Assembly (NCBI RefSeq): GCF_009914755.1
Contig: NC_060947.1
DNA: 64,000 nucleotides
Source: the human T2T-CHM13v2.0 reference genome, Homo sapiens
Strand: one strand, 5' to 3'
The notes under the pieces are model-generated. The model had not been told where the DNA came from and did no database searches. It worked only from the letters and a program-made list of their open reading frames with translations. Numbering within the stretch: the first letter of the stretch is position 1; every line of letters begins with the position of its first letter. Made by a program: the position numbers and the translations under genes. Positions 12,400-25,909 of this stretch are shown here, in pieces.

Positions 12400-14710
12400 A
12401 GACTTCTATTTCTAGCAGTATGTCTTACTGGATACCGTGAATGACCCACCCAATAAAAACTATTAAAATGCTAAGTGAAATATAAAAATAATCTTTTAAA
12501 ATTCATTGCAGTGCTAGTGTGATAGTAAGGAATCCACAGAGGCTAAAAGAGAAATGAAAGCAGGAACCCTGGAGGTAAATTAGTGTCAAAGCCAGATTTT
12601 GCCCTTAGAATCTTACCAGACCCTGGGAGATTCTGAGTTTCTACTTTGATGGCTGTAAAATATTAGGGAAACAGGAGGTAAAGACTGTGCCAGCCCAAGA
12701 TGCAGAGACTTACTTATAGGAGACTTCCACATAAAGCTGGTACCCTAAAGGACCATAATCTCAGTGTAAGAGCAGATAATTAAATCCATCTCACAGAAGA
12801 GAATAGCAATGAAACCTGCTTTGCTTGACTTTGACCCTAGGTGAAGTGGCGAGATAAACCTCTCATGAGAATTTGTAACCACAGGTGGTCTTCATATAAT
12901 TTTGTAGTCCTAATTCAAGATACTTATGAGGTCTGAAAAATCAAAAGCTGAGATCCCAGATCAGCAATTCTCATGGGTGATTAGCAAAGGCAAATCCTCT
13001 ATGGAGAATGCAACTTTCATCCAGCCTCAAAAATGTCTACAGATAAAAGTCCAAAGAAAATGAGCATCTCACAGTCAAAAGTTACAAAATGCACAAACAA
13101 ACATAACACTCTGAGTAAAAGCACACAGAAACAAGAAACATCAGAATCAGACCCACAGACTTCAGAATGTAGGACCATCACACATAGAATATAAAGTTAA
13201 TTTTATTGAAAGTGGTTAAAGAGATTTTTTTTAATGATATAAATATGAGAAAGGAACAGGAGACTATAAAGGACAACCAATTGTATTTGAAAAAGGACAA
13301 AATAGAATGTCCAGAACTAAAAAGTAGAAAAGGGGACTCAAACATACATTGACAGATTAAAGAACAGAATATATACAACTCAAGAGAGAATTAGGGAAGT
13401 GGAAGATAGATGCAAATAAAATATTCATAGCACTTTCTGTAGCACTGAAAGGCAATGAAATGAAAAATAAAAGAGGTTAAGAGGCATAAAGGAAGAGAAG
13501 GTAGATCTAATTTACATCTAACCAGAGTACCAGAGCAGTTATAGAGTAGAAAAGAGGTGATATTCAAAGATTTAATGTCTGAGAATTTTTCAGCATTGTT
13601 ACAAGACACTCATCTTTAAAGTCTAGAATTCTGAAAAATCCCAAGCTAGGCAATTTTTAAAAAAATCCACACTAGACAACATCATAGTGTTTTTACAGAA
13701 CACTAAAGAAAAATATAATATTAGAAAAGCAGCCAGTGAGAAGAGGGAAATGAGAACAAAACAGATCAGGTACAAAAAAAAATAGCCATTAGATTTAAGT
13801 TTAACTTACCTATAATAATAATGGCTGCCGAAGACAGTGGAAAATACCTGTAATGTACTAAGATAATTGTGTACCTAGCAGAATTATCTTTAAAGAAAGT
13901 TAAAATAAGAAAAATTTTAACCAGATCCATGCTAAAGAAACATCTAAGTTATGTACTTCAGATGAAAAGAGAATAATTCTGGATGGGAAGTTTGAGATGC
14001 AAGAGGTAAGAGCAAGCAAAGACATTGGCAAACATGGGGGTAAATCTCAATATACATTAACTATTAAAAACAACAGTGATGTCTAATTTGTGGGAAAATA
14101 GCAAGATAAATAATTGAACAACAATTTATACAATGGTAAGGAGTCATTAGAGTTAAAAAATTCTAAGATCTTTAAGTTGTTGAGGATGAAGATAAAGATA
14201 CTCATTAACTTTAGACTTTACTAAGTATCTACATTAAAATTACTAAGATAACCAGAAAGTTTGAAAGCCAAAAAAATGGAAAAATTTTTACTAGGCAATG
14301 CTAACCAAAGAAAGCTTATGCATTTATATCAATAGCAGACAAACTTTATGACAAAACATTACTATAAATAGAGAATAATTTCATAATGTTGAAAGTCCAG
14401 TTTCTCAGGAAGTTAACACCATTTTAAATATGTTAACTCTCATAACAAAGCCTCAAAATATATAAAGCAAAGTGTGACATTACATTAAAAAGTTAACAAA
14501 CTCAATATTATAGTGAAAGATTTTTAACATATTTCATTTGGGAATTGATAGATTAAAGGAAACAAAATATCAGTAAGGATATAGAAGATTTATACAGCAA
14601 AATTAAGCAAGCTTAATTTTTTGGTCATATGTAGAGTTTTATACCCAACACAGGAGAGTGCATATTCTTCTCAAACACATGTAGAATATTTATGAAAATA
14701 GTCCATGTCC
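12400..14710 (+). mobile_element. Ancient L1M (L1ME-like) 5' region, ORF1 and start of ORF2, highly decayed
   Basis: A-rich strand; ORF1-like gaattttcagcattg...aatcccaag and endonuclease-like tracts at 14290-14700. Confidence 0.6.
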
Positions 14711-14761
14711 TAGACCAGGAGTTGGCCCTTGGGTGAAATACATCTTGCTGCTTGTTTTTCA

Positions 14762-16570
14762 CTTTATTTTTTTAAACAGCTGTATTTAGATATAATTCAC
14801 ATACGATACGTTTCACTCATTTAGAGTTTATAGTTCAGTGGCTTTTAGTATATTCACTTATTTGTGCATCCACTGCCAAAATTAGCTATAGAACACTTTC
14901 ATTACCTCAAAAGGAAACCCCACACCTCTTAACTGTCACTCTCCAATCCCTCCATATCCCACCCCTATCCCCCAGCCCTAGATGGTGACTAGTTTACTTT
15001 CTGTCTCCACAGATTTGCCTATTCTGGACATTTCGTATAAATAGAATCATACAGCCTGTTATTCTTGGTGACTTGCTTCTTTCACTTAGCCTAACATTTT
15101 CAAAGTTCATCCATGTTGTAGCACATATTGGTATGTCATTTCCTTTCATTGCCAATTGATATCCATTGTATACATACATAACTTTGTTTTTATCCACTCA
15201 TCATTTGGTGGACATTTGGGTTGTTTCTTCTTTTTGGCTATGATGAATAATGCTACTATGAGCAGTTGTGTACAAGATTTTGTGTTGACATCTGTTTTCT
15301 TTTCTTTTTTTTTTTTTTTTTTTTTTGGATATATACCTAGGAATGGAATTGTTGGGTCATATGTGGTAACTCTTAAATTAACATTTTGAGGAACTGCTAG
15401 TCTGTTTTGACAGAGCCTGAAACAGTTTATTTTCCCACCAAGTATGTGAGGGTTCCAATTTCTCCACATCCTCAACAACATTTGTTACTATCTGTCTTCT
15501 GGTCATCACCATTTCAGTGGGTGTGAAGTGGTATTCCACTGTGGTTTTTATTTGTATTTCCTTGATGGCTAATATTGTGGAGCATATTTTCATGTGCCTA
15601 TTGGCACTTTGTATATCTTCTTTGGAGAAATTCCCATTCAGATAATTCGCCCATTTCCAGAATGGGTTATTTATCTTTTTTATTATCAAGTTTAGCATCT
15701 TTTTGTATTCAAGAAAGAAGACCATTATGTGATTTGAAAAAAATTTCCTCCATTCTGTAGGATATCTTTTCACTTTCTTCATGATGTCCTTTGAAGTACA
15801 AAGTTTTTCATTTTGATAATGTTCACTTTGTTATTATGTTTTGCTGCTTTTGCCTTTGGAGTCATAGCTAAGAAACCATTGCTAATCTAAGGTCACAGAA
15901 ATTGACACCTATGTTTTCTTGTAAGAATTTTTCACTTTTAGCTGTTTACATTTAGTTTTTGACCCATTTTGAATTAATTTTTATATATTGTGTAAAATAG
16001 AGGTTCAACTTTATTCTTTTGCACGTGGATATCAAGTTGTCTCAGCATTATGTGTTGAAAGATTATTCTATCTCCCACTGAATTTTCTTAGCAAACATGT
16101 CAAAAACCAATTGACACTCAGTGTAAGAATTTAGTTTTAGACTCAATTATATTCCATTCTTCTTTACGTCTATCACTACTCCAGTCCCACATTCTCTTGA
16201 TTGCTGTAGCTTTGTGGTAAGTTTTGGAATTGGAAATTGTGAGTCCTCCATCGTTGTTCTTTTTTCAATGTTGTTTTGGCTATTTTGGATCCCTTGTAAT
16301 TCCATATGAATTTCAGAATAAGCCTATCAATTTCAAGAAAAATGACAGCTTGGATTTTGAGATTGCCCTAAATATGTAGCTCAATGTAGGAGGTATTGCC
16401 ATCTTAACAACATTAACAATCCATGAACACATAATGTCTTTGCATTTATTTAGGTCTTCTTTAGCTTCTTTCAACAATATTTTGTAGTTTTCAGTGTACA
16501 CTCCTTGCACCTCCTTGGTTAAATTTATTCCTAAGTATTTTATTATTTTTGATACTATTCTAAATAGAAT
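14762..16570 (-). mobile_element. L1MB-like 3' end and ORF2 fragment
   Basis: Minus-strand peptides KYLGINLTKEV...CSWI, YDPTIPFLGIYPK and ICATTWMNFENVRLSERS are L1 ORF2 motifs; old L1M-type 3' end at ~14770. Confidence 0.85.
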
Positions 16571-17478
16571 CACAGTTTGGATTTTGTCATTTGCCTCCTC
16601 ACAGCATAGTTTAACAAGCTTCTCTGACCTTTGTAGGTCAGAGAAATTGCAAATTGGTAGGTGGAATTTGTGGTTTCATCAAATTCAGCTTTTTTTTTTT
16701 TGGTAAAACGATTTCTATTTCATAGGTGTACCTATCTTAATGCACAAAATATTTGTCTCTGCTGTGGCAAAAGCCATTGATGATCATTGCCTAGATTCAC
16801 TAATTAAATAGGGAATGTAAAATAATGACACACTAATTCCATCACTCTTCATTAACTAGATGGAATAATTTTTGAGGAAAATAAATTTTGAGGAAAATTT
16901 TCTTGATGTACTATTGAATTACTCAATGGGGCAGTCTATATAGGAAATTACTCTATTTTAATATTTAGGTATTAAATGAAATGATTACTTCCCACAGGCT
17001 GAAGGAATTAGAGGACATTCAGGTGGAAGACACTTGGATTATCAACAGGAGAAAATTTATACTTGTTCAAAGCCACACTAAAACCACTATATGGCTTAAA
17101 TCTGAAACTGAAATCCAAGTCTTCAACTTCTAAATTTCATACTCTTCTAATTCACTATGTTCATATACAAGGGCTTATCTCACCAAGTTTCCCAACTCTG
17201 TATCCTCCACAATATACAGTTTAGTACTCAGATCAAAGTAGGATAACATATTTTCACCAATGTGTGTATTTATTCGATAGATATTTATTGAGTGCCTACT
17301 TCAAGATAAGGAGTGAAAGTATCCATTGGCTCTAGCAATCCAGATATCTTTGCTAATGACTGTAAGACAATTCCACTGGAAAGTTTGAATACCTACAGTA
17401 TGTTAAACACTATGTTTGGTGCCTTCAAATATTTTTTTCATTACATTTAATAGATAATCAATGTGTATGATTGATTCA

Positions 17479-17950
<472 letters not shown>

Positions 17951-18453
17951 CTATTTCATTAGATATGAGAGACCTATAGCCAAAGTGAGACCATTCATTT
18001 ACTCATTCATACATCACAGAAATCTTCAACAAGATCAGCTGTGTCTCAAGCTTTGTGATGGCTACTGAGGAGGCAGAAGATATGAGATATGGCTTGGAGA
18101 AGTTCATAGTTCTAGTAAACAGATAACATCAGTACAATGTAGTCAAGGATGCAACCAAGAAAAACACAAAGTTTATGAAGAAGAAATTGGAGGGAGAAAA
18201 TCACCAAGGTGAGAAGAGGAGGATCCAAATGTTGTATCACACCTGCACACTGGGCCTTTCTGATTTGGAGTCCACAGACAGTTTAGTCAAGAAGATAGAA
18301 TGTGCAATAGGTCAAAAGGAAAGAAAGGTCTAGAGCCTATATGCTCCCCAGGTATTGCACAGGGGAATTATCTATACTGCTAAAGAAAAGTCTAGCTGCC
18401 TATCACTGAGCAAGAGCTGCCTAATGACTTCTCTACCTCCAGGACCTGCTCAC

Positions 18454-18496
18454 CTTGATTCTCTTGCACATGATCTGTTAATGTGTCAGGTTATGG
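18454..18496 (-). pseudogene. Fossil exon 43 bp (reading frame ambiguous)
   Basis: Acceptor cttgttcattttcgcag; donor AAG|gtgagc. Confidence 0.5.
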
Positions 18497-18710
18497 CTGC
18501 GAAAATGAACAAGACTCTGACATTTTTTAGGATGTCAGTAGGAGGCAAACTGCAAATGCCAGTGTCTGTTTTCTTCCTCATGGTTAGACTAGCACTAAGG
18601 GAGGGAGGGCTAGAAGATTTGGGGGAGAAATTTTCCTCCTATCCCATTATACCAGCAGACAGATAGGAACCTACAATTTACCTTCTGTCAAAATCCCCTT
18701 TATGACTCAC

Positions 18711-19140
18711 TTTCCAGCCCACTCTTCTTCCAGTCTCAGAGCAGGATGTAGCCCAATGGCAACTGGATTGGGTTGATTCCAATATCTCGTTCATTTTTTT
18801 CTCCTTCATTCTGTCTCACTTTTCTTTCATTCTGTCTCTGCCTCTCTCTCTCCTTTCCTATCTCTTTCCTCTTCTCTCTCACTTGCTCTGTCTTCTCTTC
18901 CTCTCATATTTCTTTCTTCTTCTTTCATTCCTTCTATTCATATTTTCTTTATCTCTCTACTGCTTCCCTTCTCTTAGTGTTCTTGTTCTTTCTCATTTCT
19001 ACTGCCCTATCCCTCTCTCCCAGCTTAGTCTCTTTCATTCTCCCTCCAATAACAATCTTCCTCTCCTCTCTTCTAATCTTCTGCTCTCAGATTTCACAAG
19101 TTCTGTTTTTTTAATGCTCTGCCCAATACCCACTAGGTGC
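18711..19140 (-). pseudogene. Possible fossil E/K/R-rich exon (appears as a CT-rich tract on +)
   Basis: Acceptor ttttgtacag; donor AAA|gtgagt; non-periodic purine-rich sequence reading ...VREKRKEIGKERERQRQNERKVRQNEGEKNERDI... with 7 stops. Confidence 0.4.
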
Positions 19141-19789
19141 CTGTACAAAACCACCCAAGGAATGCAATTAACTTTGAATTGTACTAGGGCCAATCTTTAC
19201 CTCAAATAGATCCCAAACTTTGCCTCAAGTATTCCAATTTGACAGATATTTATAGAATAATCTCTAGGTACCAGACATTATGCTTGATTTTATTATTCAT
19301 AATTTCATAGACTCTTCACAACAACCTTGCAAAGAAAGAAAGGGCTATGATTCCCATTTTACAAACAAAGAAACTGAACTGAGCGGTGAGGATCAGAGAT
19401 AAAAGGGGGCATGAGTAAAATCACATACTAAGAAGATGCAGAATTAAGTTTTGTGTCTGGCTCCAAAGCCTATTAAATTCTTAATTTATCTGCCTGGGAA
19501 TGATTAATACCTACACCAGGAACTGAGACAGACAGCAGAGGTGAAAGATATGCGTGAGGAGGAAATGGAACAAGAGGAATGGCCAGGTGATATAAGCCCC
19601 AACTTCCCCTCTGCACAATTTTCCAATCCAAATTTGCCACACTATTGACTTCCTTCTCAGCCTGGTAAAGTGGCCCAGTTCCTAAGTAAGTCTTGACTAC
19701 AACAGAAATAATCTTGAATTTTTAGCCCCTTCAGCCAATGCAGCCTTGAAAGAAAGTGTACTCCTCAGATGTGGGGTCTAACAGTGGTT

Positions 19790-20058
19790 TACTATGCTGT
19801 GCATCCCACTTCCCCCAAGTCTCCTTTGCTGATGATTGAATCTGATACCCAGTGGGCAATGAGTAAGACATGGGCATCAGTGTACCCTCAAGTTTCACTG
19901 TTCTGTCCCCTCAACTCATGTTTGTCTAGTGACTTGTTCTGCCCTGCCTAGGCTGCTTGCATCTACTGGGTCCTATCATTGCAGTCAAAATAGTCTTCCC
20001 CTGGATATTTGGTTCCCACCAGGCCCAAGTCACCAAGATCTTCAGGACCCTGGGAGTC
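19790..20058 (-). pseudogene. Fossil exon, phase 0 start, DSQGPEDLGDLGLVGTKYPGEDYFDCNDRTQ*... (3' end uncertain)
   Basis: Acceptor ttttttcattattcatttatag; phase matches the preceding 34-bp exon. Confidence 0.5.
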
Positions 20059-20714
20059 CTATAAATGAATAATGAAAAAAACAGAGTTTAACTCAAAGAA
20101 ATGCCTGAGTTTTGCATCCTCCCCCATAACATTATCTTGCTTCTACAGCTACAATCCAGACTGGAATTAATTAGGTAGTACACATTTCTCAGGTACAGCA
20201 TAACCTTTCCATGGGGAACTCTGACTGACAGTTTCTAATTTATAAGCTTTATTCTGGTGCATAGACAAACACTGCCATGCTCAGACTGTATCTTTTGAAG
20301 GTTATAGCATTTAGACCCCAAAGCTCTTAATTTTATTGGAAATGGGAGAAAAAATGTCATACAAATATTTCATTTTGAAGCATAATGATCCCAACACACA
20401 CCTCTTACTGCAATAATTACCACCCACTCAGTTTCACCATAGTCTGAAAATCAGCCACAGGAGGGCCCAGCTCCCTGCCTTGTCTGTTTTTGGGGTCCCC
20501 AGACAGCAGAAGTGTGCTTTTTCTTCACCCTGATGGTTTATAGACTATCATCTTTATATAACATATGAACTGGAGCCAGAGAGGGGATTTTGGCTTCAAG
20601 TTTAGTATTTTAGTGTGTTCAGTGTAAATACAGAAGCGTCCTTCCAAATATAATGGTGCCATTGAGACATATTCCTAGCCCAGAGTTCCCTAGTGGGCAG
20701 GCTGGCAGAAGTAC

Positions 20715-20748
20715 CTGATCATCCAAGCCTAGATTGAGTAAATGTTGC
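20715..20748 (-). pseudogene. Fossil exon 34 bp, phase 2->0, QHLLNLGLDDQ
   Basis: Strong acceptor ttccttcttttccttccag; donor CAG|gtactt; paralogous to exon 22779-22861. Confidence 0.6.
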
Positions 20749-21030
20749 CTGGAAGGAAAAGAAGGAAGAGAAACCAAAAACCAGAGAAGCTTACAGAATT
20801 TGGTACCAAGAGAGCTGAGGGGAGAGAAATGGAAATCCCAAGAGAACCACTGGGCAGTGCTTCAACAAGAAAGGCTGAAGAGTAATCTCAGGGGAAAGAA
20901 CTATGTTGATTAAAGCAAGGGTGAGATGAGAAAGAAATGGGAAATTGTGTAAGGAAGGTGTCTGGGAAGAGAAACACTTGTGTATGGGGACGAGAGAGGA
21001 TACTATCCAACTCAGAGGTGAGAGAGTTAC

Positions 21031-21074
21031 CTGAGGGCCAGTTGTAGCCAGGACCCTAGTGGTGGCAGCCAAAC
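21031..21074 (-). pseudogene. Fossil exon 44 bp, phase 0->2, VWLPPLGSWLQLAL(R)
   Basis: Acceptor tgtttccttctagtag; donor CAG|gtaact; open frame. Confidence 0.55.
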
Positions 21075-21172
21075 CTACTAGAAGGAAACATGTTTCTTTG
21101 AGGATAAAAGAAGAAAAGGAAGCCCAAATGGAAAATGGTCTAGAGATAGGGGGAATGAGAAAGCAGACTTGC

Positions 21173-21238
21173 CTGGGTCATGAATAACACCCGGAGGTTT
21201 GGCTTGGACTCTCTATTGGAGCATTTACCTGTGGTTCA
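21173..21238 (-). pseudogene. Fossil exon 66 bp, phase 0->0, *TTGKCSNRESKPNLRVLFMTQ
   Basis: Acceptor attctcctcttgcag; donor CAG|gcaagt (GC-type or decayed GT). Confidence 0.5.
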
Positions 21239-21623
21239 CTGCAAGAGGAGAATTTGTCTTTCTCAGTGCAAGAGCCTCTGGCTTTGTCTACCAAAACCTT
21301 GTCCAAAGAGGAGGTTACGAATAAGGACTTAGGGATCCAGGTGTTGAAGAGAAAAGGGTTGGTGAGGCCTTGGCCTTTTCCACATTGTAATTCCATATGG
21401 AGCCTTTTTTTCAGGGACTCCCCCAGAAATCTTCATACCTGAGCTCTAGTCCTGGTTCTATCACCAGGTGGTCATAGGTGAGTCACTTCATGTCTATAAT
21501 TCTTAGTTTCCCCTTCTGTAAATTTAAAATAATAATCTTAATCTCACAGGTCGTTGTTGAAGTGTTGAAGTGTCTCAATAAGTCTTAAGCGAATTTAATG
21601 CAGCTGTGACTCTGTCCTGCTAT

Positions 21624-21637
21624 CCGCAAGAGGGCAG
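21624..21637 (+). promoter_or_regulatory. Candidate CTCF core motif
   Basis: CCGCAAGAGGGCAG fits the CCRSHAGRKGGCRS consensus and retains a CpG; motif only. Confidence 0.45.
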
Positions 21638-21857
21638 ATACAGGAAATCCCAAGGTTGTAACACCACTTGCCTTTTGCTCTTGGATGGGCTGGGCCTTGG
21701 GCAGGAGTGGAGCAGGAGTCTGGTGACACCTGCAAGATTGAAGATAGGATGGATATCAGGGTAGGGACAAATTGCCAGAATTAAGGTTATTCTCAGAGGA
21801 TTGAGAGGAAATGGCAGCTACAAGAATGCCCAGTGCAGCTGGAAAGTCACCTCTCAC

Positions 21858-21881
21858 CAGCTCCTCATCTTCATTACTACA
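21858..21881 (-). pseudogene. Fossil micro-exon 24 bp, phase 0->0, CSNEDEEL
   Basis: Acceptor acactttctctttcag; donor CTG|gtgaga. Confidence 0.5.
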
Positions 21882-22591
21882 CTGAAAGAGAAAGTGTCCT
21901 TGACCTCAGTTAGTGGAAGCTGTTTCTCTCAAAGTCATCTGGATTTTCTGACACGTGGTTTAAGTCCCTCCACTCTCCCTTTCTCCCTCCTTTCCTCTTC
22001 CCTGCCTCTACTTTCACCAGAATAGCTATGAGAACTATCCTCTTTGGGGCTCTGCCCACCTCCAGATTTCCATTCTCGGTGTGAATATTTATGGCTATGT
22101 TTCAGAGAATACATAGCCCCAAATCTCTCCACTTGTCCTTTCAGCCTTATACAGCCTTTAGTAAATGTGTGTGGGGGCGGTGGGGGTGGTAGGCACCAGA
22201 ATTTGTTGAGTGCTAAGTATATGCTGGACACATTGTCAAACACATTGCATTCGTTTTCTCATTTAATCAGAACAAAGGTTGTATGATCACTTTACAAATG
22301 AGAAAACTAAGGCTAGGGGGAAGGTCATAAACTTATGCAAGGTTACATAATGAAAAAGCAGCAAAGTCAAGACTATGGTTTTCCAACTCCAAATCCAATG
22401 CCCTTGCCACTAGGCATCCCTCTGTGAAAGCCTGGCCTTCTGCCTTCACCTCAATCATGTTTATGTGGCAAAGGATCCCCTTCTGGTTTTACATACATGT
22501 GGACCATCATACATAGTGGAGACAAGAAGCCATTTACAGGTGACCTCCACTCGCACTCACACTGGGCATTCTTTCAGTTGTCACTCCTCAC

Positions 22592-22641
22592 CTCCAGATA
22601 ATCAGCAGGCAGATACTGATGACTCTGTTCATCATTAACAC
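22592..22641 (-). pseudogene. Fossil exon 50 bp, phase 1->0, (G)VNDEQSHQYLPADYLE
   Basis: Donor GAG|gtgagg; weak acceptor cctgtaag; phase fits both neighbours. Confidence 0.45.
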
Positions 22642-22778
22642 CTTACAGGTCCTCAGAGCCTCCCAGAATTTGCCTAAATAAGGTGCCTTCCATGGCCTGG
22701 ACCAGATGTCAGGGACCTGACCCTCTTTTCCTTATTCCTATCCTGATGCCATTACCCCCTGGTAGGTTTAGCTCTCAC

Positions 22779-22861
22779 CATTATTCTTATCACAGAGTCC
22801 CTTGGTGGGCAGACTGGCAGAGGAACCCTGATCTTTCTAGTCTGGATGGAGTAAATGCTGC
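22779..22861 (-). pseudogene. Fossil exon 83 bp, phase 2->1, QHLLHPD*KDQGSSASLPTKGLCDKNN
   Basis: Acceptor gttgctttccttccag; donor ATG|gtgaga; paralogous to exon 20715-20748. Confidence 0.6.
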
Positions 22862-23039
22862 CTGGAAGGAAAGCAACCTCAGTTTTGCATCCATGAATCT
22901 CACAAGTGGAGCCTTAATGTCCACCTCTGTGCCCTTCATTGTCTTTTTCTGTACAAAGCTAATCAAGGTTTCAAATCAGATAGGCCACCTAAGTTAGCTA
23001 ATTTCTGCCATTTGGCAGTGATCTGCCACAAACTTGTAC

Positions 23040-23084
23040 CTTGGAAGGATAGTGAACCATCCAGGCCCAAGAGCTCAGCCACAG
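23040..23084 (-). pseudogene. Fossil exon ~45 bp, paralog of 21031-21074, probably frameshifted
   Basis: Shares TGGCTG...CTnGGG.CCTGG with exon 21031-21074; donor AAG|gtacaa. Confidence 0.4.
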
Positions 23085-23707
23085 CTGCTCTGGGAACCCA
23101 CAGAGTGTGCCTGGCCCATTCTCTAGCCCTGCAGTTTTATTAGCTTCATTTTTTATGTGCGTTTTAACTCTCTGAATGCAGCCAAAACCAACATCAAATA
23201 ACATCAAGGAACATAAGGTCATGACTTCCCCCCCACAGCGCTCAGCCCCCCCAAATCATTTAGAGGCAGTGTGAACAGAATACACCACAATTTTTCCCCT
23301 GCCTGTCTTTTCAGAGGGCGGCAAAGACTGTTTCTGCTCTGTGAGCTATTCTCAGACATTGCTGCATCAGAACTCACTGTGAGAGATGTTTCAGGTCACC
23401 ATAACCCAAAGAGCAAAAGGAGGGGAAAAAAGGAGGGGTAGGGGAGAAAGAAAATACAGCCAGTAATCGATCTTCAGATCTCTGCCTCCCTGAGGCCATG
23501 AGTACTGGGCCCAGTGGTCCTGGCCAGTGCCTTCTGGGAGGGACAGTTGGAGGAACCAACCCCCTGCTTTTCTGCCTCATTGTCTCCCTCCTCTCTTCTT
23601 CCTCCTTTCCTTCCTTATCTCCATCCAGGGCCAGCTAGGAACAAGCATTCCAACAGGTTCCCCACATGGGCTACTAATCCCAGCCACCCCAAAGGATTCA
23701 CCAGTAC

Positions 23708-23791
23708 CTTCCCTTGAGTGTTTGGGTAGGGAAGTCAAGAGCCCCAGACAGGCCTGGGAAGTTTCTCAGCACTGAATACTCAGCACTGGGC
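23708..23791 (-). pseudogene. Possible fossil exon 84 bp, PSAEYSVLRNFPGLSGALDFPTQTLKG
   Basis: Acceptor catctggtttcag; donor AAG|gtactg; open in phase 2->2. Confidence 0.35.
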
Positions 23792-24469
23792 CTGAAACCA
23801 GATGTGGGAGCCAAGCCGCCCAAGCTGAAGGAGTTCTCCATTCTAGAGAAATTTAGAAAATCAGTTCAGATTACAGTTTTCCTGACCCATACTGCTGGGA
23901 GGTAGAGAAAGAACTCTAGGATTGGCTGGATAGAGCTTTAGCTTTTCAGTCAGGAGCCAAGGGTTCTAGGCCTGACTGTGAGTCCTTAAGAAGTCATTTA
24001 CCTCTCTTTGTCTCAGAATCCCCCAGAAACATAGCAACCACTCCTTCAAATGGATTTTCTCAAAGTGGAACTTTTTTACTTTTTAAAAACAGATAATATG
24101 TTTACATTTTGGATGGTAAGTCTTTAATGAAGAGATCTTAGTGGTAGCAGTATGAAAGGAACACCATGTGACAAAGAGAAGATAATTCTTAAACTTTTAT
24201 TACTTGCTTGCCCTCCCTTAGGAAACAAGGGCTCAGGCCCTTCTACTATTACCACACTCTTTTTCAACCTTTCTCCCTCTGTTAGAATCTGGTCAGCTCT
24301 CTAATGTCTACATCTGTAATGTGGCCAGCGGGTCTCTAGATACCCTACCACTCTAACATCCTATTATTATCTAGCCTCTGAGTTTTCTTCCCCACCCTTC
24401 TTGATGAAAACATTTGAGAGTTTAATAATTTTTCCTTAGTGGATAGTTTTGACTCTCTCTATATATAGA

Positions 24470-24600
24470 ACTTATCTCTACCTCTACTTACTACCTACTT
24501 ATCTACCTATATCTCTCTACTTATCTACCTATATCTACCTCTACTTATCTACCTATATCTGTCTACTTATCTACCTACCTATCTACCTACTTACCTCCCT
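24470..24600. repeat. Degenerate (CTAC/CTAT)n simple repeat
   Basis: Recurrent ctacttatctacctatatct units. Confidence 0.85.
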
Positions 24601-25909
24601 ATGTTAAGTATAGCATTTGGAGCATTAGAGTTTCTTGTGCCAGTGAAAACCAAGGTCAATGGTAATTCCTCTTATAAATGTAATCTATTTTTCTGTGGAC
24701 CTTTTTCTTATCAAGTGAGCTCAAAATATTAATTAATGAGTTTATTTTGTCCATTGGTAACAAGAACAGGTAAATAACATCTCTCTCCTTCAAATGGGGA
24801 GCTATCACTAAAATGGAGTAGATAAAGCTATTTTATTATGGCCTATAAAAAAAATCCTACACCCAAATTAGAAACTACGATAGATACTTGGGGTTCCAGT
24901 CAAAGACAGTTTTTCTTCTGCAGACAGGTAAAGTTAAAAAATGCTTCCCCAACACTTCCCCCTAACAACTGTCCATCTCTCAGTCAGTGAAGGGTTAGAG
25001 ACAAGGAAAGAAAAACTGGAAGAAAGCTCTGGGCAGTCTTATGACCTCTATTCCAGAACAGGGAGATGGGTGAAAGCGGAAACATTTAGGTCACCTTCCT
25101 CATCCATTTCTCTTGGTTTATCGGGTTATATCAGAAGTTCTTAAGCTTTCTTGGTTGCCAATGTCCTTAGCATCTCATTAATTCACAGTGCCGCTAGGCC
25201 AAAATAAATATCTAACAGTTTCATTTATTCAGAAGTTAAGTTCACAAAACTTAATAAGTATTTATACCCTTAATAGCTTAATAGCCACTTAAAATCATAA
25301 TACACATAAATTAAAAGAAAAATATTAATATGCATATTAATGGAGAAAAATATTTTTATTTTACCTTAAATAGATACCTTTCAGGCAGTGCACAGCTTCT
25401 CAGATCTTGAAATCAGATTGGACACCACCACCTGCATTTCCTGCTTCATGTGGATTTTCACACAGCACTTGATTTTTGTCACAGCAGCCATCAAAAGGAA
25501 TGTAGTACAATCTAATGTTGAAATTGTGAACTGACACAAGCTAGTAGCTTGTGGAATGTCTGACAGATGTCTAGTGTCATTGTGTTCCCCTCAGAAATGT
25601 AAAATATCCCACGAAGGCCCTGTGAGTTCACAGTTGTGCCCCGGGAAACCTCAGCTCATAATCTGGGAAACCTAGGGTTAGATCAACAAATTCCTGGCCA
25701 TTCTTAGACATAACTTCCTTCCTTCTCCCTTCACTGGTGGAAATGTATTTTCTTAGTTCTATTTCCCCAGAATACCCTTTGCTGTAATAGCAATCTGAAA
25801 TAAAATAAAAAGTATGTCTACATCCTCCATAAAATTGCCATTGAAAGTATGTTGTACTCTTTCCCCTTACAAGACATGTTTCTTATTGTAGTTAGAGAGA
25901 TCTTTTTAA

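Noticed and set aside
18773-19209. Hydrophobic S/L/F-rich + strand ORFs resembling membrane proteins
   Set aside because: A compositional artefact of the pyrimidine tract.
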